A stretch of DNA of 32,000 nt. Source: Candidatus Omnitrophota bacterium. Its GTDB lineage: Bacteria > Omnitrophota > Gorgyraeia > Zapsychrales > JANLHA01. Within the stretch, counting starts at the first letter, position 1. Each line of letters begins with the position of its first letter. The position numbers were made by a program, and so were the translations under genes. The notes below the pieces were generated by a model, which saw nothing but the letters and a program-made list of their open reading frames with translations, was not told where the DNA came from and made no database searches. This document shows positions 1 to 8,400 of this stretch, piece by piece. Where the stretch lies: the NCBI GenBank assembly GCA_963662715.1, contig OY759724.1:2310001-2342000 (forward strand), read 5' to 3'.

Positions 1-755
1 AGAAAGGGTTGAAGGAAATTCCTGTCTCCCTGCACCTTGATCACGGCGATACGTTTGAATTATGTAAATCCTGTATCGAATCGGGATTCTCGTCCGTCAT
101 GATCGACGGTTCGCATCACCCTTACGATAAAAATGTTGAACTGACAAAACAGGTGGTGGATTATGCTCATCAGTTTGATGTGACGGTGGAGGGAGAACTG
201 GGTGTGCTGGCGGGCATCGAAGATGATGTCGTGGCTGAAAAATCGACATATACCCAGCCGGAGGAAGTTGAAGATTTTGTTAAAAAGACCGGGGTGGATT
301 CCTTGGCTATTTCTATCGGCACGTCGCACGGGGCCAATAAATTTAAGCCGGAGCAATGTACAAGAAACGCGGACGGCGTTCTGATTCCCCCTGAACTGCG
401 TTTTGATATCCTCGAAGAGATCGAAAAACGTATCCCGGGCTTTTCCATCGTTCTTCACGGATCTTCTTCAGTGCCGGTCGAGGCTGTGAAAATTATTAAT
501 GAAAACGGAGGGGCTTTGAAAGACTCCATCGGCATCCCGGAGGACCAGCTGCGCAAAGCCACAAAATCGGCGGTTTGCAAGGTGAACATTGATTCCGACG
601 GGAGACTTTGGATGACGGCGGCTGTTCGCAAGCATTTTAATGAGCATCCGGCTGATTTTGACCCGAGGAAATATTTAGGGCCGGCTCGTCAGGCTTTAAT
701 CGAAATGTATAAACATAAGAATGAGAATGTTCTCGGATCGGCCGGAAAGGCTTGA
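1..755 (+). CDS. fba: Class II fructose-1,6-bisphosphate aldolase, 5'-truncated by the window edge (frame begins at base 3)
   Basis: The translation carries class II ketose-bisphosphate aldolase signatures LHLDHG, VEGELG, GTSHG and IVLHGSS. The frame is open back to base 3, so the TTG at 9 in the ORF track is not the true start. Stop TGA is at 753-755. Confidence 0.9.
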   Translation, partial: KGLKEIPVSLHLDHGDTFELCKSCIESGFSSVMIDGSHHPYDKNVELTKQVVDYAHQFDVTVEGELGVLAGIEDDVVAEKSTYTQPEEVEDFVKKTGVDSLAISIGTSHGANKFKPEQCTRNADGVLIPPELRFDILEEIEKRIPGFSIVLHGSSSVPVEAVKIINENGGALKDSIGIPEDQLRKATKSAVCKVNIDSDGRLWMTAAVRKHFNEHPADFDPRKYLGPARQALIEMYKHKNENVLGSAGKA

Positions 756-836
756 TCCCGGAACGGTTTCGTTCGGAGTCATAAAAAGGACTTCTGCGGT
801 CAGGAATGACGGTGAGTCCATATGAGGAGACATATC

Positions 837-1787
837 ATGTACCGGGAACAGATTAAAGTATTGGATTGCACGATTCGTGACGGAGGGTTGATTAATAATC
901 ATCAGTTTGATGAACGGTTTGTCCGTGCGGTTTTTCAGGCCGTATCATCCGCAGGCGTCGATTACATGGAGATCGGCTACAAAAATTCTCCGGAATTGTT
1001 TTCTCCTCAGGAATATGGCCTATGGAAATTCTGTGATGACGATGCGATCCGCCGCATCGTCGAGGGGACAGAAACTCAGACAAAACTTTCCGTCATGGTC
1101 GATGTCGGACGGGTGAACCTCGATGACGTGAAACCTAAGGACGAGAGCCCGTTAGACATGATCCGGGTCGCCTCTTATGTCAAGGATATTGATAAAGCCA
1201 TCTTGATGGTGAATCATTTCCATGATAAAGGTTATGAAACGACAATCAATATCATGGCGATTTCCCGTGACCAGGGCACGGAACTGGAGGAGGCGCTTCA
1301 CCAAATCGAAAGCGAGAGTAAGGCGGCCGTCGTCTATATCGTTGACAGTTACGGCAACCTTTATCAGGAAACCGTGGAATATCTCGTGAAATTGTTTAGA
1401 GGGATCCTGAAAACGAAAGAAGTCGGGTATCACGGGCATAATCATCAGCAGCTGGCTTTCGGCAACACGATTGAGGCTATTATTCATGATGCGAATTATC
1501 TTGACGCCACGGTTTACGGTATCGGACGGGCGGCGGGCAACTGTCCTCTGGAGCTTTTGATCGGTTTCCTGAAAAATCCTAAATTTGATCTGCGCCCTGT
1601 TCTTGATTTGATCTCCCGGGAATTTATCCCTCTCCGGGAAAAAATCGAATGGGGATACATCATCCCTTATGCCATCGCCGGAATGTTAAATGAACATCCC
1701 CGGGCAGCCATGGCCCTTCGTAAGAGCGAGAAAAAAGAAGACTATCGCGAATTTTACGAAAGTCTCGTCAACACAGAACTCGAATAA
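837..1787 (+). CDS. DRE-TIM metallolyase / HMGL-like (pyruvate carboxyltransferase domain) aldolase family protein, specific substrate unknown
   Basis: The N-terminal motif VLDCTIRDGG, followed by MEIGY and a later HGHNH, is typical of the HMGL-like TIM-barrel family (4-hydroxy-2-oxovalerate aldolase, isopropylmalate or homocitrate synthase catalytic domain). The ATG at 837 is preceded by GAGGAGA (824-830) with 6-7 nt spacing. The ATG at 822 is an alternative start. Confidence 0.75.
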   Translation: MYREQIKVLDCTIRDGGLINNHQFDERFVRAVFQAVSSAGVDYMEIGYKNSPELFSPQEYGLWKFCDDDAIRRIVEGTETQTKLSVMVDVGRVNLDDVKPKDESPLDMIRVASYVKDIDKAILMVNHFHDKGYETTINIMAISRDQGTELEEALHQIESESKAAVVYIVDSYGNLYQETVEYLVKLFRGILKTKEVGYHGHNHQQLAFGNTIEAIIHDANYLDATVYGIGRAAGNCPLELLIGFLKNPKFDLRPVLDLISREFIPLREKIEWGYIIPYAIAGMLNEHPRAAMALRKSEKKEDYREFYESLVNTELE

Positions 1788-1791
1788 ATTT

Positions 1792-2448
1792 ATGGATATT
1801 CAGCAATTTCAGCGACTCCCGGTCATGGGGATTTTGCGGGGCGTACGGAAGGACATCCTTTCGTCATTAACCGAGACCGTGATCAGGGCGGGATTGAAGA
1901 CCGTTGAAATCACGATGAATACCCCGTCTGCCGGGGATTTGATCCGGAGCATGACCGATATCTCCGGGGGACGACTTGCGGTCGGAGCCGGAACGGTTTT
2001 GAGCGTGGACAGCCTTGAAGCCGCCTGTGACGCGGGCGCGACTTTTATTGTCTGTCCGACGATGATTGAGGATGTTGTCGCCTGTTGTGTGTCCCGCCGG
2101 ATCCCTGTTTTTCCGGGAGCTCTGACTCCGCAGGAAATCTACCGGGCTTGGCAGGCCGGGGCCACGATGGTTAAGGTCTTCCCGGCAAAGTTTTTCGGCC
2201 CGGCCTATTTCAAGGAAATCCGGGGGCCTTTCTCGGATATTAAGCTTTTAGCTTGCGGCGGTGTCACCCCGGACAATATTCAGACCTATTTTAAAAACGG
2301 GGCTGCGGCCGTGGCTTTCGGCGGCAGTATTTTCCGCCAGGAATGGCTTACGGAATCAGGACTGTCATCCATTGAGCAGGAAATACGCCGTCTTGTTCAG
2401 GCGGGTTCCTTGCCCTCCGAAGGGCAGAAGGCGAAAGCTGACGAGTAA
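1792..2448 (+). CDS. eda: 2-dehydro-3-deoxyphosphogluconate (KDPG) / 4-hydroxy-2-oxoglutarate aldolase
   Basis: Eda-family pattern: PVMGILRGV, VEITMNTP, GAGTVL, FIVCP, PGALTPQE, and VKVFPA (Schiff-base Lys context). The ATG at 1792 lies 4 nt after the upstream stop. The 1690 start in the ORF track would overlap the previous gene by about 100 nt and adds non-homologous residues. Confidence 0.85.
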   Translation: MDIQQFQRLPVMGILRGVRKDILSSLTETVIRAGLKTVEITMNTPSAGDLIRSMTDISGGRLAVGAGTVLSVDSLEAACDAGATFIVCPTMIEDVVACCVSRRIPVFPGALTPQEIYRAWQAGATMVKVFPAKFFGPAYFKEIRGPFSDIKLLACGGVTPDNIQTYFKNGAAAVAFGGSIFRQEWLTESGLSSIEQEIRRLVQAGSLPSEGQKAKADE

Positions 2449-2600
2449 AATGCCGCGGTTTGTTAGAGAATGTTTTGCAGCACATCCGGGCAAGTCCCCG
2501 GGACGGGTTCAGGTGGGGCGTTAGAGGAGGATTTGGGATGCAAGAGGATTATTAATATTTGCGGGAGATAAAGTTAGGTAAGAAAAATTGAATAATTGTA

Positions 2601-2630
2601 TTGACAAACCGTCTTTCCCAAAGCTACAAT
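2601..2630 (+). promoter_or_regulatory. Sigma-70-like promoter for the small ORF
   Basis: TTGACA (2601-2606), an 18-nt spacer, then TACAAT (2625-2630), about 27 nt upstream of the ATG at 2657. Confidence 0.5.
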
Positions 2631-2656
2631 AATTTAACCAATGTGAGGAGGTTAAC

Positions 2657-2938
2657 ATGTCAAACATCAACAACGTAGATGTGGAAAGATTATTAAGTGA
2701 TAAACGTGTTATAGCGGAAATAGAGCGTCACCTATGGTTAGAAAGCGAGAAGGTCGGTTATGATATCGGGTATGAACGAGCGCAGGAAGAATGGCTGAAG
2801 AATTTCTCGAGTGCCTGGATGAAATATCACGGTGATGATTTTATTAACGCTCAGAAGGCTGCCAGGCGGGCATCGTCACCTTCCAAAACCTCCAAAAAGA
2901 ATTCCGTCAAGAGACGTCGCGCCAAGTCGTACATTTAA
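2657..2938 (+). CDS. Small (93 aa) hypothetical protein with a basic Ser/Lys/Arg-rich C-terminal tail
   Basis: A strong SD (GAGGAGG at 2646-2652) precedes the ATG, with its own promoter upstream and a terminator downstream. It has the motif HLWLESEKVGYDIGYERAQEEW and the tail SSPSKTSKKNSVKRRRAKSYI. I cannot name a family with confidence. Confidence 0.7.
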   Translation: MSNINNVDVERLLSDKRVIAEIERHLWLESEKVGYDIGYERAQEEWLKNFSSAWMKYHGDDFINAQKAARRASSPSKTSKKNSVKRRRAKSYI

Positions 2939-2965
2939 TTGCAAAAAATTTGAAAATCTTTCCGG

Positions 2966-2998
2966 CCGCCCCTGATATCCCGGGGGCGGTTTTGTTTT
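2966..2998 (+). terminator. Rho-independent terminator
   Basis: Stem CCGCCCC (2966-2972) pairs with GGGGCGG (2983-2989) and is followed by TTTTGTTTT. Confidence 0.7.
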
Positions 2999-3225
2999 AG
3001 ATCCCAGCATTACAAAAAAATATTTTTAAATGCTGGTTTTTTGTGTACAATGAACACCTGCTGTTTGGAATCCCCAAAGACCTCCTTGTGGGGGCAGGAA
3101 TTTGTGCGTAAGAAAAAGAGCACCGGCAGGACTAACTGGTGCGGAGAGGCGGTAAAATTTAGGGAAGAAGGATCAATATCGAAGGGTTTGTTTTTAGAGA
3201 CTATTTTTTGCAGAAAGGGAAGATC

Positions 3226-4854
3226 ATGGCTTATCAGTTAAAAAAATTAGAGGGGTTCTCCGGACGCCCGGGGCCCTTGTTGCTCATTATTATGGACGGG
3301 GTCGGGCTTGGGAAACAGGATGAAAGCGATGGCGTCTTCATGGCTAAAACGCCGCATTTAGACAAACTTTTTAAGAGCGAACTTTATACGACGCTGCAGG
3401 CCCATGGGACGGCTGTCGGTATGCCGTCTGACGAAGATATGGGGAACAGTGAAGTGGGGCACAATGCCCTGGGGGCGGGACGGATTTTTGCCCAGGGAGC
3501 CGCTCTTGTTAACCAATCTATCTCATCCGGAAATATTTTCAAGACGGACACGTGGGCCGCTTTGGTCAGCCGGGCCAAGAAGGGGCAGCAGAGTTTTCAT
3601 TTGATCGGCTTGCTTTCGGACGGTAATGTCCATTCGCATATTCAGCACGTGTTGGCTTTGTTGACTCGTCTTGCGGAAGAAGGGGTCAAGACTGTCCGGC
3701 TGCATGCGCTTTTGGACGGGCGGGATGTGTATGAAAAATCAGCCCTGACATACATCGACAAGACGGAAGAGCATTTAAAACAGTTAAATGAGAGGTATGG
3801 GGCCGATTACCGAATCGCCTCTGGCGGCGGACGCATGGTGACGACCATGGACCGCTACAATGCGGACTGGACGGTTGTTAAGCGTGGCTGGGATGCTCAT
3901 GTCCTCGGGAAGGCCCGGTTATTCTCCTCCGCTCGGGAGGCTGTTTCAACGTACTATGAAGAAGACCCCGGCAGCACCGATCAATATCTCGATGCCTTCG
4001 TCATCGCCGAGGAAGGCCGGCCGGTCGGAACCATTCAAGACGGGGATTCTGTGGTGTTTTATAATTTCCGGGGAGACAGGGCCATTGAGTTGTCCCGCGC
4101 TTTTGATGAAAAGGATTTTAAAGAGTTTGATCGGGAAAGATGTCCGGATGTCCTTTATGCCGGGATGATGGAATACGACGGGGATCTTCATATCCCTAAG
4201 CATTATTTGGTGAACCCCCCGGAGATTGACCGGCCGATCAGCGTGTATCTCTGTGACAGCGGCGTGACCTCGTTTGCGATTTCGGAAACTCAAAAGTTCG
4301 GACACGTGACGTACTTTTGGAACGGCAACAACTCCGGTTACATTAATGAGAACATGGAAAAGTACGATGAAGTCCCGTCCGATAAGGTCCGTTTTGACAC
4401 AGCCCCGAAGATGAAAGCCTGCGAAATAACGGATTTGACGATTCAGTACCTGCGTAGCGGTCGGTATAAATTCGGCCGTATTAATTTTGCCAACGGAGAT
4501 ATGGTCGGGCATACCGGTATCCCTTCAGCTATTATCACGGCGGTGGAAACGGTTGATGAATGTGTGGGGAGGCTGATCGATGTTGTTGCGGAGCTGTCCG
4601 GGATTGTTGTCATAACCGCTGATCATGGGAACGCCGATGAAATGTTTACGGTAAAGAAGGGACAAAAAAGCGTCAGCACAGCGCATTCTCTTAATCGGGT
4701 CCCTTTTGTAATTGTTGACAAAAACTTTAAAAATGAATATAATATAGCTGAACCATCTAAGTTCGGCTTGTCTAACGTGGCGGCAACTTTGCTGAATTTG
4801 CTTGGCTACGAGAAACCGGAAGATTATAATTCTTCACTTATTACATTTAAGTAA
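3226..4854 (+). CDS. gpmI: 2,3-bisphosphoglycerate-independent phosphoglycerate mutase
   Basis: iPGM signatures: IIMDGVGLG, the catalytic-Ser motif MGNSEVGHNALGAGR, DGNVHSH, DGRD and ITADHGNADEM. The ATG at 3226 is preceded by AAGGGA. The TTG at 3208 in the ORF track is less likely. Confidence 0.93.
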   Translation: MAYQLKKLEGFSGRPGPLLLIIMDGVGLGKQDESDGVFMAKTPHLDKLFKSELYTTLQAHGTAVGMPSDEDMGNSEVGHNALGAGRIFAQGAALVNQSISSGNIFKTDTWAALVSRAKKGQQSFHLIGLLSDGNVHSHIQHVLALLTRLAEEGVKTVRLHALLDGRDVYEKSALTYIDKTEEHLKQLNERYGADYRIASGGGRMVTTMDRYNADWTVVKRGWDAHVLGKARLFSSAREAVSTYYEEDPGSTDQYLDAFVIAEEGRPVGTIQDGDSVVFYNFRGDRAIELSRAFDEKDFKEFDRERCPDVLYAGMMEYDGDLHIPKHYLVNPPEIDRPISVYLCDSGVTSFAISETQKFGHVTYFWNGNNSGYINENMEKYDEVPSDKVRFDTAPKMKACEITDLTIQYLRSGRYKFGRINFANGDMVGHTGIPSAIITAVETVDECVGRLIDVVAELSGIVVITADHGNADEMFTVKKGQKSVSTAHSLNRVPFVIVDKNFKNEYNIAEPSKFGLSNVAATLLNLLGYEKPEDYNSSLITFK

Positions 4855-4936
4855 CGTTATGAGATACGAGTTAATTGAGAGATGGTTGGGCGGCTTATGA
4901 AATCCATTTTCCCCTATTTTCTTCTGAATTTTCTAA

Positions 4937-4970
4937 TCCCATACCAAAAATGAGAGGTATGGGATTTTTT
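4937..4970 (+). terminator. Rho-independent terminator after gpmI
   Basis: Stem TCCCATACC (4937-4945) pairs with GGTATGGGA (4956-4964), with a 10-nt loop and a T6 run at 4965-4970. Confidence 0.75.
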
Positions 4971-5240
4971 ATTATATATGATTTTGGGGGGGAGAAGAGG
5001 TCTTAGAGTGTTTTTTGCTGTTAAAGTTGCTAAAATGTATCTCTTTTTCTCTGCTGTGTTTTTCTTTTGTAGTGCAATCACAATGAAAAATTTGCGGCAA
5101 ACCATTATGTCCGCTATAGCTTATATTGATTGAACCTGAGTAATGGTTTGTAAAACTTTGTGCGCTAAAAATACTTTTGTCCCACACAATGAGTTTTTTA
5201 GTGGTGAATTTTTGCGTGCGCTTTCAGTCAATAGAAGGGG

Positions 5241-5269
5241 TTGATATTGATTGACGTATATGATATTAT
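5241..5269 (+). promoter_or_regulatory. Candidate extended -10 promoter of the giant repeat gene
   Basis: TTGATA (5241-5246), a 17-nt spacer, then TATTAT (5264-5269) with TGA immediately upstream (a TGn extended -10). The region is very AT-rich, so alternative hexamers exist. Confidence 0.3.
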
Positions 5270-5348
5270 TTATAAGTCTAAAAATATATAATAAAGATTA
5301 GGTCTTTTGTATATAGATATCCTCAGTAATCCAAAAAGGAGTGGTCAA

Positions 5349-5447
5349 ATGTTCCAAATAATTCCTAAAACGGCTCAAAAAATGTTTTCACTAGTTCTTG
5401 TAGGGATTTTCTGTGTTTATCTTGTTTTCCCTCCAATCCTAAGCGCA
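5349..5447 (+). other. Sec-type signal peptide of the giant protein
   Basis: MFQIIPKTAQK (basic n-region), MFSLVLVGIFCVYLVF (hydrophobic core), then PPILSA followed by E (an AXA-like cleavage context). Judged by eye, not run through a predictor. Confidence 0.6.
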
Positions 5448-8400
5448 GAGCTATTGAAATTGCCCGATCCGGGAACAACAATTTCTTTTAGCCCGGGATA
5501 TCAGCCCGCTGTCATTGCCGGGGTGGTCGTGAATTCGGAAGATCCCCTTATGTTTGATTTCATCATTGACAGGGGGGATTCCGGTCTTCTGGGCGCGGAA
5601 TTGGAAGCAGAAACGAACAAGCTTGTAAAATATTTTCTTGCTGCTTTGACAATCCCTGAGGAAGAAGTCTGGGTGAACCTTTCTCCCTATGAAAGAGAGT
5701 TGATGATTCCGTTTGCTTTGGGTATTACGGAAATGGGAAAGGATATGTTGGCCCAGGATTATTTGCTAAAACAGATGACCGCATCCTTGACACACCCGGA
5801 ATCAGAAGTGGGGAAGAAATTCTGGGAAAAAGTTTATGAGAAAGCCTATAAACTTTACGGAACCACGGAGATCCCGATTAATACCTTCAGTAAAGTCTGG
5901 ATTGTCCCGAACAATGCTGTGGTTTTGGAAAAAGACGGAACGGCTTACGTGGTTGAGAATACCTTGAAAGTCATGTTGGAAGAGGATTATTTGGCTATTG
6001 AAAAGAACTTGGATAATACAGAAATTGGAACAGACCAGCTTACTAAGGAACGTGTGGAATATATAAATAATTTGTCGGCAGAGATTGTTAACGAAATTAT
6101 TTTGCCCGAGTTATCCACAGAAGTGAATGAGGGCAAAAATTTTGGATTAGTCCGGCAGGTATATAATTCCGTCATCCTTGCGACATGGTATAAAGACCGG
6201 CTAAAAGAAACACTGTTAGGCCGGATTTATGTAGATCGAAACAAGGTGGCGGGGGTTGATGTCTCAGACAAGACGATAAAAGAAAAGATTTATACCCAGT
6301 ACATGGATGCGCTTCGTCAAGGTGTTTACAACTTTATTAAGGAAGATGTGGCTCCGGGAACGAACGAAACCCTTCAGCGAAGATATTTTTCCGGAGGGAT
6401 CGAGTTTGCTATTAATGTTAATAAGACCAGCAGTCCGATTCTTTTGGGGCAGAAAGCTCAAAAGAATTGGAAATCCATGAGTTCTGGAATTGCTACACGG
6501 GAAAAATCTTTTGATAATGTGGAGCGATATGTCAGAGCCAGGGTTGGCCTGAATACGACATTGCCTATTTTAACCAATACTCAGCATGTCGCTAAAACTG
6601 TTTTGCCGAATTTGAGTTATTCAGCTGTTAATGCGGCTATAGATAACTCAACCAACATCCCGGATGACAGAAAATTAGAGTTAAAGAAAGAATTTATGGC
6701 GGCTTCTCAGGAATCCAAGAGAACCGGACGCCCGATTCAGTTAAGCCAGGTGCCGGAAATGGTGAAGGAAATTGAGTTGGGAGGAGCGAGCGGCCTGACC
6801 GAAAATTTGACCGGGGTGTTGCCTACGGTAAGTCAGGATGTCGCGGTCAGTCAAGTTGACTTTGCAAAGAATGTCGTCCCTAACCTTTCGGTTCCTATGG
6901 TCAATCAAATGATTGATCAGTCCAATCTTTCAGATAATGAAAGAGTTGTTTTAAAGGCCGAATTTAAACAAGCCAGTGATATTGCTTTGGCGGAAAAGAA
7001 ACCGATACGTCTCAGTTCTCTTCCTCAATTAGTTGGGGCTTTGGACAATATAGAAAGCGGTCTGGCTGTAGAAATAAGCCGGTCCCTGCCATCTCAGAGG
7101 CCCGATGTTGTTCAGACTCAGGTGAATGTGGCCAAACAGATCATTCCGAGCGTGAGTTCCCCGCTTATTACGCAAGCGATCGAAGGATCGAATATATCGC
7201 CGGAGAGAAAAGACACGTTAAGAAAAGAGGTGCAGGCCGAGATCAGCAAAGCCACCAGCGAGAACCGGCCGATCTCATTAGCGAACATTCCGAACCTGGC
7301 GATGGACTTAGAGAAGCCGGAGACGGGGATCGCCGCCGGCATCAGCCGTGTCCTGCCGACGTCCAGTCCGCTCGTGGAAACGGAACAGGTCTCGATGGCC
7401 AAACAGATGATCCCGAGCGTGACTCCGCAGGTTATCACGCAGGCGATCACAGGCTCGAACGTAGCACCGGAGAGGAAGGATACGTTAAGAAGAGAAGTAC
7501 AGGCCGAGGTGAGCAGAGCGACCAGCGAGAACCGGCCGATCTCATTAGCGAATATTCCGAATCTGGCGATGGATTTGGAGAAACCGGAAACAGGGATCGC
7601 TGCCGGCATCAGCCGTGTAGCGCCGAAAGCAGGCCCTGAGATGAAGGCCGGTGAAGTGAATATAGCGAAACAGATCCTGCCTAGCCTGACGGAAGCGGTT
7701 ATCACGCAGGCGATCACAGGCTCGAACGTAGCACCGGAGAGGAAGGACACGTTAAGGAGAGAAGTCGCGGCCGAGGTGAGCAGAGCGACCAGCGAGAACC
7801 GGCCGGTCTCATTAGCGAATATTCCGAACCTGGCGATGGATTTAGAGAAACCGGAAACGGGAATCGCCGCTGGAATCAGCCGTGTTTTACCTGCCTCCAG
7901 CCCTCTCGTAGAAACGGAACAGGTCACGATGGCCAAGCAGATCATTCCGAGCGTGACTCCGCAGGTTATCACGCAGGCGATCGAAGGCTCGAACGTAGCG
8001 CCAGAGAGAAAAGACACGTTAAGGAGAGAAGTGCAGGCCGAGGTGAGCAGAGCGACCAGCGAGAACCGGCCGATCTCATTAGCGAACATCCCGAATCTGG
8101 CGATGGATTTGGAGAAACCGGAAACAGGGATCGCCGCCGGCATCAGCCAGGTAGCGCCGTCCGCAAGACCTGATACAGCAGCTGCTGAAGTGAATATAGC
8201 GAAACAGATCCTGCCGAGCGTGACTCCGCAGATTATCACACAGGCGATTGAAGGCTCGAATGTCGCACCGGAGAGAAAGGATACGTTAAGAAGAGAAGTG
8301 GCGGCCGAGGTGAGCAAAGCAACCAGCGAGAACCGGCCGGTCTCATTAACGAACATCCCGAATCTGGCGATGGATTTGGAGAAACCGGAAACAGGTATCG

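Noticed and set aside
1690-1791. The ORF-track start at 1690 for the KDPG aldolase gene (a 34-aa N-terminal extension).
   Set aside because: It would overlap the preceding gene by 98 nt. The extension has no Eda-like sequence. The ATG at 1792 gives a normal Eda N-terminus directly after the upstream stop.
3052-3225. The ~175-nt region between a weak promoter-like TACAAT (3046-3051) and the gpmI start, considered as a possible riboswitch or structured leader.
   Set aside because: Only short, imperfect local pairings are visible (for example CCCCA/TGGGG and CACCGG/CTGGTG). Nothing matches a riboswitch class I recognise. The promoter call itself is weak because no -35 hexamer is present.
3946-4512. 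Shadow ORFs inside well-supported genes: 3946-4512(-), 16934-17527(+), 25141-25680(-), 26515-27063(-), 22773-23207(-), 21238-21639(-) and 29238-29627(-).
   Set aside because: Each lies wholly within or antisense to a CDS with unambiguous family signatures (gpmI, GT39, glgP, folA, apbE, GT-C, CNNM). None has recognisable motifs.
4978-5133. An untracked 51-aa hydrophobic ORF (MILGGRRGLRVFFAVKVAKMYLFF...) and the minus-strand ORFs 4914-5187, all in the 490-bp AT-rich spacer upstream of the giant gene.
   Set aside because: None has an SD. They start immediately inside or after the gpmI terminator. ORFs of this size are expected by chance in AT-rich spacers. Promoter or leader DNA is the more parsimonious reading.
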